Below are positions 53,215 through 64,000 of a stretch of 64,000 nt of DNA, one piece after another. The stretch lies in contig CAWAJM010000001.1 in assembly GCA_963782445.1 (NCBI GenBank), forward strand, positions 2,930,666-2,994,665, given 5' to 3'. Source of the stretch: an uncultured Gammaproteobacteria bacterium (lineage in GTDB: Bacteria > Pseudomonadota > Gammaproteobacteria > Steroidobacterales > Rariloculaceae). How positions within the stretch are numbered: position 1 is the first letter of the stretch; every line of letters begins with the position of its first letter. The notes below the pieces were generated by a model that was not told the DNA's origin, did no database searches, and saw only the letters and a program-made list of their open reading frames with translations. The translations under genes and the position numbers were made by a program.

Positions 53215-53597
53215 CGTTTCATGAGGCTGCTGACGAGCAACCCTGCGACAAAGGCGAGACCGGCACTCGCCATGGGATTCTTTCTCACATAGGCCTTGAC
53301 CTTCTCGATATTCGCGTCGAGCGCGGATTCGAACTGCGCCTCGGCCTCACGTGCGCGGTCGGCGACCTCCTCCGCGGCGCCCCGCAGCTCACGCCGAGCC
53401 TCGTCGGCCGCCGCGCGCAGCTCGCGTTCGGCTTCCGCCGCGTCGGCACGCATTTCCCGCTCGGCCTGGGCCGAGCGCTGTGCTGCGCTGTCGATGCCTT
53501 CGTGCGCCTGGGCGGCGGCCTCGTCCGTGCTCGGGTGCTGCCGCCCGCCGTCTGCCTGACCGTTCATGCCCGCCGCGTCGTCCGGTGTCGTGCCCAC
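53211..53597 (-). CDS. DUF883 (ElaB/YqjD/YgaM) tail-anchored stress protein
   Basis: 128 aa from GTG 53597 (AAGGAG 8 nt upstream). C-terminus is YVRKNPMASAGLAFVAGLLVSSLMKR. Confidence 0.8.
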   Translation of the reverse strand: MGTTPDDAAGMNGQADGGRQHPSTDEAAAQAHEGIDSAAQRSAQAEREMRADAAEAERELRAAADEARRELRGAAEEVADRAREAEAQFESALDANIEKVKAYVRKNPMASAGLAFVAGLLVSSLMKR

Positions 53598-53645
53598 TGT
53601 TGTTCTCCTTGGTGTATCTCGTCGTGCCGCTCAGGCACACGGAGA

Positions 53646-53662
53646 ATGCGAAAACCATGCCA
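53646..53662 (-). promoter_or_regulatory. Sigma-54 promoter TGGCATGGTTTTCGCAT (minus strand) for the yqjD/E/K-like operon
   Basis: GG-N10-GC register is correct; about 50 nt upstream of GTG 53597. Confidence 0.6.
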
Positions 53663-53713
53663 CTGAGTTTAGCAGGCACCGGCCGATCGCTGACAAGCGG
53701 ACCGGCCGACCCG

Positions 53714-55211
53714 TCATCCGGCCTTCGGGCCCGTAACGCGCTTGAGCAGCGTTCCGGCGCCGATCTGTGCACCGGGATCGGCGACCCGATTGATGAGCGC
53801 GAGCTCGTCGAGGCCGATCGAAGAAGGATAACGCTCCGCGAACTGGCGCAGCGTCATAGGCGCCGGCAGCTTTACGATTTCGACGTGCTGAGCCTCGATG
53901 CCGAGGATGGCCTTGTCCTTCACGGGCGCGAAGCTCGTCGCGAGGCGCTCGAGCTGCGCCTGCTGGCTCCCGAAGCCGCTCTCGGGGGCGTAGGCCAACA
54001 GCTCGTACGTGGTCTGTCCATGCGTGACGTGAGTGGCATAGCCGTGCACCGTGCCCGACTTGACCGCAGCCTGAAACTCCGTCACGACGGCCGCGTCGCC
54101 GCCCAGCGTCTGCGGCTTGCTGCCGAGGCCCGTGACGCCCTGCCGGGTCGCGAAGGCCTTGGCGGCCTGCTGGGCTCCGCCGGTCCCGGCGATCGTCAAC
54201 TGCACGGCGGCGGCCTGATTCGGGGCGACCGCGTCGACCGTGTGCTCGAGATTCTGGCGCTGCCAGCCGGAGGGGACGGCGATCTTGAACGCAAGCTCCG
54301 GCTGATAGAACCAGTCGCCGCGGAAGAAACCGTTGCGAGGATTATTGCCGTATACGAGCCCGTTCACGTGCTGGAGATAGGCGTCGCGGCAGACCGCAAA
54401 GCTCCGCGACGCCTTCGGCAGATCGGCGATGCGCTTTTGCGTGTTGGCGATGCGCTCGGGCTCGCCGGGGTGGCTCGCGAGCCAGCTCGGCAACGGGCTC
54501 GAGCCCGCAAGCTTGCTCGAACGTCTGCAACGCGCGAAACACGTTGACCATCTGCTCGGGCTCATAGCCTTGCTGCACCATGTACTTGAAGCCGAGCGCA
54601 TCGGCCTGGCGCTCGTCGTCGCGGCCGTACTTGAGAAACAGCAGTCCGAGGCCCTGATTCGCAAGCTGGCCCAGCTGGGCCAGCTGCGGAGAGACGGCCA
54701 TGCCGATGCCGAGGCCGAGCTGGGCCAGCTCCTGCCGGCTCAGTTGCTCGACCGAATGACGTGCCGTCACGTGCCCGATCTCGTGACCGAGGACCGCGGC
54801 GAGCTCGGCTTCGTTGGTCATGAGATCGACAAGCCCGCGCGTGACGAAGATGTAGCCGCCGGGCAGCGCGAAGGCGTTGGGGCTCGGATCGTCGACGACG
54901 TGGAACGCCCACGGCAGATCCGGCCGCGTGGTACCCGCCGCGAGCTTCCGCCCGACCGCGGCGACATAGCTCTGCAGTCCCGGAGCCTGAACGAACCCGA
55001 TCGACTTCTCGACATCCGCGGCCGAGCTCTGCCCCATCGCGATCTCCTGCTGCCGGGAAATCAGCGCGAGCTGCCGCTCGCCGGTCGCGGGGTTGACGCT
55101 GCAGCCGGCTGCAGCGACGAAGCCGAGGAGCGCGAAAGCCGCCCTCGCGGCGCGCCCTCCCGAAAGGATCCGCGGTCTGGAGGGCGCGCGGGCACCGCCT
55201 CGTGAAGTCAT
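53714..55211 (-). pseudogene. M48-family Zn metallopeptidase lipoprotein, interrupted by a 1-nt frameshift near 54508-54520
   Basis: Frame 1 (track ORF 54342..55451 from ATG 55211) carries lipobox FVAAAGC and HEIGHVTARH and runs to ...MVNVFRALQTFEQ. The conserved continuation KLAGSSPLPSWLASHPGEPERI... and the whole C-terminal domain lie in track ORF 53714..54664. Confidence 0.8.
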
Positions 55212-55275
55212 GCGCGTCGGCCTCCAAGAACCATGCCAGGGCCCCGCGCAGCCTTCGCAACGCGCGGACAGGCAT

Positions 55276-55292
55276 TGGCACACAGCTTGCTT
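55276..55292 (+). promoter_or_regulatory. Sigma-54 promoter TGGCACACAGCTTGCTT
   Basis: Perfect consensus. It is divergent from the M48 gene and about 295 nt upstream of glgC, with no credible ORF immediately downstream. Confidence 0.65.
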
Positions 55293-55478
55293 GCAACGTC
55301 TGCACGGTCGACCGTTCCGGCGGGGGACATGGGGGAAACGCTGCTCCGGCATCGCAAGTCCTGAGTCGAATGCTCGCACACCCGATGGGCGAAGACGATC
55401 GGGTGCGCGCGGTTCGGCCGTCTCGGCGCCCGGCCGGGACCGCCCGCGCATCGGCGCCGGCGATGTGCCTGGCGGGTC

Positions 55479-55518
55479 AAAAACGGGAATCGGCCCGCTG
55501 TTTTTGAGCGGATTTTTT
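55479..55518 (+). terminator. A-run/hairpin/T-run element (AAAAACGGG..CCCGCTGTTTTTGAGCGGATTTTTT), candidate intrinsic terminator or attenuator
   Basis: Short stems (CGGG/CCCG and CCGCT/AGCGG) are followed by T5 and T6 runs. These are conspicuous in a GC-rich genome, but the stems are weak. Confidence 0.4.
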
Positions 55519-55586
55519 CACAACGAAGGTGCGCAGCCCCGCGGGGGCGCCGCACAGGGATCTACGGGATCTCCAGGAGGATGCCC

Positions 55587-56858
55587 ATGGAGCAAGCAAG
55601 CCGAGCCGCAACGGATCGAGCACGGGAAGGCGATACGCTGGCCCTCGTTCTGGCGGGCGGCAGCGGAACCCGGCTGCGCGGCCTGACCGAATGGCGCGCG
55701 AAGCCGGCCGTCCCGTTCGCGGGGCACTACCGCACCGTCGACTTCACGTTGTCTAACTGCGTGAACTCGGGGCTTCGGCGCATTGCGCTGCTCACGCAGT
55801 ACAAGTCGCAGTCGTTGATCCGTCACATCCAGCGGAGCTGGGGGATTCTGCACCGCGAGCTCGGCGAATTCGTCGAGATCTGGCCCGCGCAGCAGCGCCT
55901 CGGCGAGCGCTGGTACGCAGGAACCGTCGACGCCCTCTACCAGAATCGCGACCTCATAGAGGCGCTCGCGCCGGACCACGTTCTCGTCCTCGCGGGCGAC
56001 CACGTCTACGCCATGGACTACTCGAGGATGATCGCGCAGCACATCGCCAACCGCGCAGACTTGACGGTCGGCTGCGTCGAGGTGCCGGTCGAGGACGCGC
56101 AGGGGTTCGGCATCGTGGGCATCGATCGCGACGGCCGCGTCCGTTCCTTCGTCGAGAAGCCAGAGCGGCCGGCGCCCGCACCGGGCCGCCGCGACGTGAC
56201 GCTCGCCTCCATGGGCATCTACGTCTTCGAGCGCGATTTCCTATTCGAGCAGATGGAGCGGGACGCCGACGACGCCGACTCGACGCACGACTTCGGCTAC
56301 AGCCTGCTGCCGTCGGCGATCCCCTCCGGCAGGGTCTTCGCCTACAGCTTCCGCGACCCGCGCGACCCCCGGCTGCCCGGCTACTGGCGCAACGTCGGCA
56401 CGGTCGACACGTACTGGCAGGCACACATGGAGTTGCTCGAAGAGCCCGCGCGGCTCGATCTTCACGATGAAGCCTGGCCCATCCGCGGCGAGCGCGACGG
56501 GCTGCCGCCCGCGCGCATCACGGGTCCCGTGCGCATCGGCGCCTCGATCCTCGCGCCCGGCGCCGTCGTGGCCGGCAACGTCTATCGCTCCATTGTCTCG
56601 AGCGGCTGTCGCATCGGCGCACATTCGCGCATCAACGAGTGCGTCCTGCTGCCGGGCTGCTCCGTGGGACGGAATTGCTCACTGGACCGGGTCGTTCTCG
56701 ACAGCGGCTGCATTGTGCCGGACAATAGCGTGATCGGCGCCAACCTGCTCGACGCCGCCGAAACGAAGTATCATTTGTCCCGCCGTGGAATCGTGTTGGT
56801 ACCGAACGAGGCCGCGGTTGCCGGCCGGACGACGGCGGCGGCCCGGAAAGTCGCGTGA
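55587..56858 (+). CDS. glgC: Glucose-1-phosphate adenylyltransferase
   Basis: LALVLAGGSGTRLRGLTEWRAKPAVPFAGHYRTVDFTLSNCVNSG and the full-length architecture. The second ATG (55587) is preferred because AGGAGG abuts the first (55581). Confidence 0.95.
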   Translation: MEQASRAATDRAREGDTLALVLAGGSGTRLRGLTEWRAKPAVPFAGHYRTVDFTLSNCVNSGLRRIALLTQYKSQSLIRHIQRSWGILHRELGEFVEIWPAQQRLGERWYAGTVDALYQNRDLIEALAPDHVLVLAGDHVYAMDYSRMIAQHIANRADLTVGCVEVPVEDAQGFGIVGIDRDGRVRSFVEKPERPAPAPGRRDVTLASMGIYVFERDFLFEQMERDADDADSTHDFGYSLLPSAIPSGRVFAYSFRDPRDPRLPGYWRNVGTVDTYWQAHMELLEEPARLDLHDEAWPIRGERDGLPPARITGPVRIGASILAPGAVVAGNVYRSIVSSGCRIGAHSRINECVLLPGCSVGRNCSLDRVVLDSGCIVPDNSVIGANLLDAAETKYHLSRRGIVLVPNEAAVAGRTTAAARKVA

Positions 56859-57021
56859 AGCGGCACGGCAAGCGACGCCTTGGATGACGACTGAATCGCA
56901 GCGAGCGGCCGCGCGCCGGCACCCAGGGTGAGCCGCGCGGTCCGACGCAAGTCCCCGCGCCGGGAGACCGGCGCGGAGGCCCCGGCCGGCGCGCGGCCGG
57001 CGCGGGGCGCCGGGGCGAGAA

Positions 57022-59139
<2,118 letters not shown>

Positions 59140-59159
59140 GCACAGCGAAGGACGAGACG

Positions 59160-60959
59160 ATGCACAGCGCCCACGCCATGCCGTTTGGCGCGGAGGTACT
59201 CGATACCGGCGTACGCTTCAGGCTCTTCGCCCCTGCCGTCGGACGCGTGCACCTGCATATCGGAAGCCGAGCGCCAATCGCCATGCGGCCGGCGGCCGAG
59301 GGTTTCTTCGAGCACGTCGACCCCGATGCGCGGCCCGGCGACCGATACTGCTTCTCGTTCGACGACGATTCCCTGCGTGTGCCGGACCCCGCAAGCCGCT
59401 TCAACCCGGAGGACGTCCACGCACCGAGCGAAGTCGTCGATCCGCGCACGTACGCCTGGCACGACGGCGCGTGGGCCGGGCGACCCTGGCACGAGACGGT
59501 CGTTTACGAGCTGCATGTCGGCAGCTTCACGCCGGAGGGCACGTTCGCCGCAGCCGAGCGACGGCTCGACTACCTCGCCGAGCTCGGCGTCACGGCCATC
59601 GAGCTCATGCCGCTCGCCGACACGCCCGGCGCCCGCAACTGGGGTTACGACGGGGTTTTGCCGTTCGCGCCCGAGCACGCCTATGGCAGGCCGGACGATC
59701 TCAAGCGTTTCGTGGACGCGGCCCACGCGCACCGCCTCATGGTCTTTCTCAACGTCGTCTACAACCACTTCGGGCCGGACGGCAATTACCTGCACCTGTA
59801 CGCGCCGCAGTTCTTCACGGATCGTCACGAGACGCCGTGGGGCGCCGCCATGAACTTCGACGGCGCCGACAGCGGACCGGTACGCGCGTTCTTCATTCAC
59901 AACGCCCTGTATTGGCTCGAGGAGTTCCACTTCGACGGTCTGCGGCTCGACGCCGTGCACGCCATCGTCGACGACTCGGCGCCGAGCTTTCTCGAGGCGC
60001 TCGCCGCGAGCGTGGCCAACCTTCCGCGCCCGCGGCATCTCGTACTCGAGAACGTGAAGAACGAGGCCCGGCACCTGCGGCGCGAGCCGGGGACACCCGG
60101 CCGGCCCTCCGCTTACGACGCGCAGTGGAACGACGACTTCCACCACGCCGTGCACGTGCTGCTCACGGGCGAGCGCGGCGGCTACTACGCCGACTACGAC
60201 GCCCCGGCCGAACGCCTGCTGCGCTGCCTGACCGAGGGCTTCGCGTATCAGGGCGAGGTCTCGAAGTTTCTCGGCGGCCACCGGCGCGGGGAACCCTCGG
60301 TCGGGCTCCCGCCCGAGGCCTTCGTGAACTTCCTTCAGAACCACGATCAGGTGGGCAATCGAGCCTATGGCGAGCGACTTTCGATGCTCGCGGGCGACGA
60401 TGCCCTCTGCGCCGCCGAAACGCTGTTGCTGCTCCTCCCGACCCCGATCCTGCTGTTCATGGGCGAGGAGTTCCATGCCCCCAACCCGTTCCCGTTCTTC
60501 TGCGACTTCTCGGGCGAACTCGCCCGGGCCGTGACCGAAGGCCGGCGTCGGGAATTCGCGGACTTCTTCGCCGATGCCGCGGACCTCGAATCCATTCCGG
60601 ACCCCAACGCACCGGAGACGGCCGCCAGCGCGAAGCTCGACTGGGGCGCGGCGGCCGCTGCCGGCCCGGCCGGCGCGCTCGCGCGCTATCGACGCCTGCT
60701 CGCCCTGCGCCGCAACGTCGTCGCACCGCGCCTGCCCGCGGCCGCGCTGGGCGGCCGCATGCTTGCGTCCGCCGCGCTGACCGCCCGATGGCGGCTCGCC
60801 GACGGGAGCGTGCTCGCGCTGGCCGCCAACCTCACGGCCACCCCCTGTCCCTGCACGGAGTGGCCGGCGGGCGAGCTGCTGGCGGCGACGGCGCCGCTGC
60901 GCCGGCCCTGGCCCGCGGCGCTGCCCGGCTGGTGCACCGCGTGGTTCCGGGAGCCATAG
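59160..60959 (+). CDS. treZ: Malto-oligosyltrehalose trehalohydrolase
   Basis: 599 aa from ATG 59160. MPFGAEVLDTGVRFRLFAP, YELHVGSFTPEGTF, NWGYDGV, VVYNHFGPDGNYL, GLRLDAVH. Confidence 0.9.
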   Translation: MHSAHAMPFGAEVLDTGVRFRLFAPAVGRVHLHIGSRAPIAMRPAAEGFFEHVDPDARPGDRYCFSFDDDSLRVPDPASRFNPEDVHAPSEVVDPRTYAWHDGAWAGRPWHETVVYELHVGSFTPEGTFAAAERRLDYLAELGVTAIELMPLADTPGARNWGYDGVLPFAPEHAYGRPDDLKRFVDAAHAHRLMVFLNVVYNHFGPDGNYLHLYAPQFFTDRHETPWGAAMNFDGADSGPVRAFFIHNALYWLEEFHFDGLRLDAVHAIVDDSAPSFLEALAASVANLPRPRHLVLENVKNEARHLRREPGTPGRPSAYDAQWNDDFHHAVHVLLTGERGGYYADYDAPAERLLRCLTEGFAYQGEVSKFLGGHRRGEPSVGLPPEAFVNFLQNHDQVGNRAYGERLSMLAGDDALCAAETLLLLLPTPILLFMGEEFHAPNPFPFFCDFSGELARAVTEGRRREFADFFADAADLESIPDPNAPETAASAKLDWGAAAAAGPAGALARYRRLLALRRNVVAPRLPAAALGGRMLASAALTARWRLADGSVLALAANLTATPCPCTEWPAGELLAATAPLRRPWPAALPGWCTAWFREP

Positions 60960-60964
60960 CGGAC

Positions 60965-63826
60965 ATGGATGCCGGAGCCGTCCCGCGCGCGACCTACCGG
61001 CTGCAATTGACCGAGGACCACGGCTTCAAAGCCGCCTCGGCCATCGTGCCCTATCTCGCCAAGCTCGGCATCAGCCACGCCTATCTCTCGCCGTACTTGA
61101 AGACGCGTCCCCATAGTGCGCATGGCTACAACGTCATCGACCACTCGAAACTCAACCCGGAGCTCGGCGACCAGGCCGCCTACGACCAGATGTGCCGGGC
61201 GCTGACCGAGCACGGCCTGCGCCAGCTGCTCGACATCGTGCCGAACCACATCGGCGTCATGGGCAGCGACAACGTCTGGTGGCTCGACCTGCTCGAGAAC
61301 GGCCAGGCCTCGCGCTTCGCCGACTACTTCGACATCGACTGGCATCCCGCCAAGGCGGAGCTGGCGAACAAGGTCCTCGTGCCCGTGCTCGGCGACCACT
61401 ACGGCAACGTCCTACTGCGCGGCGAGCTCGGTCTCGTCTTCGACGCGCCGGCGGGCGAGCTCAGCGTCTACTACTACGAGCACCGGTTCCCGCTCGACCC
61501 GGCTACCTACCCGCAAGTGCTCCAGATCGGGCTGCCCGCGTCGGGTTCGGGCCGCTCGGCCGACGACCCCGAGCTCATCGAGCTCGAAAGCATCGTGCGG
61601 GCACTGCGCAATCTGCCGGCCCACTCGGCGGCCGACGGGGTCGCGCGGCGCGTGCGCGCCCATGAGGCGTCGATCGCCAAGCGCCGCCTCGCCGATCTGT
61701 GCGCCGCATCGAAAGCCGTCGCCACGCACATCGCGGCCAACGTCGCCCGACTCAACGGGGAGCCCGGGCAAGCGGGCTCATTCGAGGCGCTGCATGCGCT
61801 GCTCGAGCAGCAGCCTTACCGCGTCGCCTATTGGCGCGTTGCGGCCGACGAGATCAACTACCGCCGCTTCTTCGACATCAACGATCTGGCCGGCCTCAGG
61901 ACACAGAACGAGGACGTCTTCGAAGCCACGCATCGCCGGCTGCTGCAGTGGGTCGCCGAAGACCGAATCCACGGCTTCCGCGTCGACCATCCGGACGGCC
62001 TGTACGACCCTCGAGGCTATCTGCGCTGGCTCGCGGCTCAGCTCGCCGCGATCGGCCATGCCGACCATTACCTCGTCGTCGAGAAGATCCTGGCGGCGCA
62101 CGAGCATCTGCCCGAGGACTGGCCCGTCCACGGCACGACGGGCTACGACTTCTCGTTCGCGGTCAACGGGCTGTTCGTCTACTCGCCCGGCGAGCGCGAC
62201 TTCGACCGGGCCTACACGGGGTTCGTCCGCCGGCAGTTCGACTTCGAGGCGCTGCTCCACAGGACAAAGCGCGAGATCGTGACCTTCCATCTCTCGAGCG
62301 AGCTCACGGTCCTCGCCAACCTGCTGGACCGGCTCGCCGAGACCCGGCTCGCGACCCGCGACTTCACGCGCAACGCCCTGCGCGACGCGCTGCTCGAGCT
62401 CGTCGCTGCATTTCCCGTCTACCGGACCTACATCGCCCAAGGCGAGATCAGCGCGCAGGACAGCCAGTACATCGACTGGGCCGTCCATCATGCGCGGCGC
62501 ACATACGGCGACCGCGACGAGGGTACGTTCGACTTCATCCGCAGCCTGCTGCTCGGCGAGCTCCCGGAGGATGCTACGCCCGCATACCGACTCGAGATCG
62601 AGCGAATCTGCGGCAAGTTCCAGCAGCTCACGGCACCGGCGATGGCCAAGGCGCTCGAAGACACCTGTTTCTACCGCTACGTGCGCCTGCTGTCCTTGAA
62701 CGAGGTCGGCGGCGAACCGACGCGCTTCGGGCTCACGCCGGCGGCGTTCCACCGCCTCGCGCAGCTGCGCTTGCAACACTGGCCCCACACGATGCTGGCG
62801 ACGTCCACCCACGACAGCAAGCGCAGCGAGGACGTGCGTGCGCGCCTCAACGCGCTTTCCGAAATGCCCGACGCCTGGCGGGCCAAGCTCGCTAAGTGGC
62901 GGCGCTTCAACAGCTCGCGGCGCCGCAGCGTCGGCGACGACGCGGCGCCGTCGCGCAACGAAGAGTACTTGTTCTATCAGACACTAGTCGGCACCTGGCC
63001 GGTGCCCTACAAAGAGACCGGGCTACCGGCCTACCGCGAGCGTATCGAGGCCTACATGCGTAAGGCGCTGCGCGAGGCCAAGACGACGACGTCGTGGACG
63101 ACACCGAACGAGGCATACGAGAAGGCCGTGCTGCAGTTCGTCGGCGAGGTGCTCGCGCCGTCGGGCCGCAATCCGTTTCTCGCCGATCTCGACGAGTTCG
63201 TGCGCGCGCTGGCCGTCCCGGGGTTCCTGAACGGCCTCGGGCAGACGCTGCTGAAGCTCACGTCGCCCGGCGTTCCGGACATTTATCAGGGGACCGAGCT
63301 GTGGGACTTCAGTCTCGTCGATCCCGACAACCGCCGCGCCGTCGACTTCGGCATGCGCCAGCGCATGCTCGCGAGACTCGAAGAGGATTGCGCCGATCCG
63401 GGGCTGTTCGACGGCCTCCTCGACGACATGCTGGGCAGGCTCGAGGACGGCCGCGCCAAGCTGTACCTGACGTGGCGCACGCTGAATTTTCGCAAGGCAC
63501 ACGAGGCGCTGTTCGCGGAGGGCAGCTACCTGCCCCTCGACGTGGCCGGCGCGCGCGAGGAGCACGTGCTCGGCTTTGCCCGGCAGTTAGGCGAGGAGAC
63601 GGCCGTGATCGCCGTGGCGAGGTGGTTCACGTCGCTGCTGGCCGAAGGCGCCCGCTGGCCCGGCGCCGGGCTCGACTGGCGCGATACCCGGCTCGTGCTG
63701 CCGGGCCCCGGCCGCTATCGTCATGTATTCACGGGCGAGACGCTGACGGCCGATGCGCACGACGCCGCGATTGCCGCCGCGCACCTTTTCGCCCGCTTCC
63801 CCGCCGCGCTGCTCGTGCGCGAGTGA
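60965..63826 (+). CDS. treY: Malto-oligosyltrehalose synthase
   Basis: 953 aa from ATG 60965. TYRLQLTEDHGFKAASAIVPYLAKLGISHAYLSPYLKTRPHSAHGYNVIDH, DIVPNHIG, GFRVDHPDGL. Confidence 0.9.
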   Translation: MDAGAVPRATYRLQLTEDHGFKAASAIVPYLAKLGISHAYLSPYLKTRPHSAHGYNVIDHSKLNPELGDQAAYDQMCRALTEHGLRQLLDIVPNHIGVMGSDNVWWLDLLENGQASRFADYFDIDWHPAKAELANKVLVPVLGDHYGNVLLRGELGLVFDAPAGELSVYYYEHRFPLDPATYPQVLQIGLPASGSGRSADDPELIELESIVRALRNLPAHSAADGVARRVRAHEASIAKRRLADLCAASKAVATHIAANVARLNGEPGQAGSFEALHALLEQQPYRVAYWRVAADEINYRRFFDINDLAGLRTQNEDVFEATHRRLLQWVAEDRIHGFRVDHPDGLYDPRGYLRWLAAQLAAIGHADHYLVVEKILAAHEHLPEDWPVHGTTGYDFSFAVNGLFVYSPGERDFDRAYTGFVRRQFDFEALLHRTKREIVTFHLSSELTVLANLLDRLAETRLATRDFTRNALRDALLELVAAFPVYRTYIAQGEISAQDSQYIDWAVHHARRTYGDRDEGTFDFIRSLLLGELPEDATPAYRLEIERICGKFQQLTAPAMAKALEDTCFYRYVRLLSLNEVGGEPTRFGLTPAAFHRLAQLRLQHWPHTMLATSTHDSKRSEDVRARLNALSEMPDAWRAKLAKWRRFNSSRRRSVGDDAAPSRNEEYLFYQTLVGTWPVPYKETGLPAYRERIEAYMRKALREAKTTTSWTTPNEAYEKAVLQFVGEVLAPSGRNPFLADLDEFVRALAVPGFLNGLGQTLLKLTSPGVPDIYQGTELWDFSLVDPDNRRAVDFGMRQRMLARLEEDCADPGLFDGLLDDMLGRLEDGRAKLYLTWRTLNFRKAHEALFAEGSYLPLDVAGAREEHVLGFARQLGEETAVIAVARWFTSLLAEGARWPGAGLDWRDTRLVLPGPGRYRHVFTGETLTADAHDAAIAAAHLFARFPAALLVRE

Positions 63827-63847
63827 CGGCGCTCGGCCGAAGCGCGT

Positions 63848-64000
63848 TCAAGCCGGGAACGCGACCGTGCTGAGCAGTGCGAGCGCGGCCTGACGGGAGT
63901 CGAGACGGGTGTGCTGAACGACGATCGGGACATCCGAGCGGATCACGCTCGCATAATCGGTATCGCGCGGCACCGGGGCGGGATCGGCGAGATCGTTGAA
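63848..64000 (-). CDS. 3' end of an unidentified minus-strand gene that enters from beyond the window end
   Basis: Own translation: FNDLADPAPVPRDTDYASVIRSDVPIVVQHTRLDSRQAALALLSTVAFPA*, with the stop at 63848-63850. GC-rich third positions are consistent with coding, but no family is recognisable. Confidence 0.3.
   Translation of the reverse strand, partial: FNDLADPAPVPRDTDYASVIRSDVPIVVQHTRLDSRQAALALLSTVAFPA

Noticed and set aside
55224-55238. TGGCATGGTTCTTGG on the minus strand, just upstream of the M48 start codon.
   Set aside because: The -12 reads GG instead of GC. The motif overlaps the GGAGG ribosome-binding site, so a transcript starting there would lack the RBS.

Overview
This is a GC-rich proteobacterial chromosomal segment with about 55 genes. 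I found no rRNA, tRNA, CRISPR array, transposase or integrase by eye.

Left edge (1-6.4 kb):
- An SqrR/BigR-type (ArsR family) regulator lies divergent from a DUF2892-sulfide:quinone oxidoreductase operon.
- That operon runs directly into TolC-like and membrane-fusion efflux genes.
- Malate synthase G follows.

Core (about 6.8-46 kb): a roughly 38-kb Wzx/Wzy-type exopolysaccharide locus of the kind usually found with PEP-CTERM/exosortase systems.
- Export and assembly: a short OPX export protein, a chain-length determinant, a separate BY-kinase with a Tyr tail, a WcaJ-like priming transferase, a Wzy/O-antigen-ligase-like protein and a MurJ/Wzx-like flippase.
- Glycosyltransferases: six GT4, two GtrB-like GT2 and one GT-C enzyme.
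- Modification: two AsnB-family amidotransferases plus acetyl-, methyl- and sulfotransferases.
- Other: two tandem beta-helix proteins and an outer-membrane beta-barrel.
- No exosortase or PEP-CTERM protein lies inside the window.

Right part (46-64 kb):
- A family-1 encapsulin with its EncFtn cargo is packed into one operon with a CPBP-like membrane protein and a sensor-less histidine kinase.
- A sigma-54-dependent response regulator lies divergent from that operon.
- Then come csbD/AI-2E/mgtC and yqjD/E/K-like stress cassettes, a frameshifted M48 peptidase, and glgC-glgX-treZ-treY.

Sequence-level signals:
- The strongest is a dense set of sigma-54 (-24/-12) promoter motifs, at least 14 and several nearly identical. 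They subdivide the polysaccharide locus into many transcription units and also drive the stress cassettes.
- One of these motifs plus a T-run hairpin defines a candidate orphan transcript.
- Other signals are a 166-bp nested palindrome, a duplication scar of the GT-C gene bracketed by 20-bp perfect direct repeats, two frameshifted genes, a predicted pseudokinase with a Calx-beta ectodomain, and tandem diverged paralogues.

Limits: all family calls come from reading the translated ORFs for motifs and architecture. No HMM or BLAST search was possible, and several start codons are uncertain.
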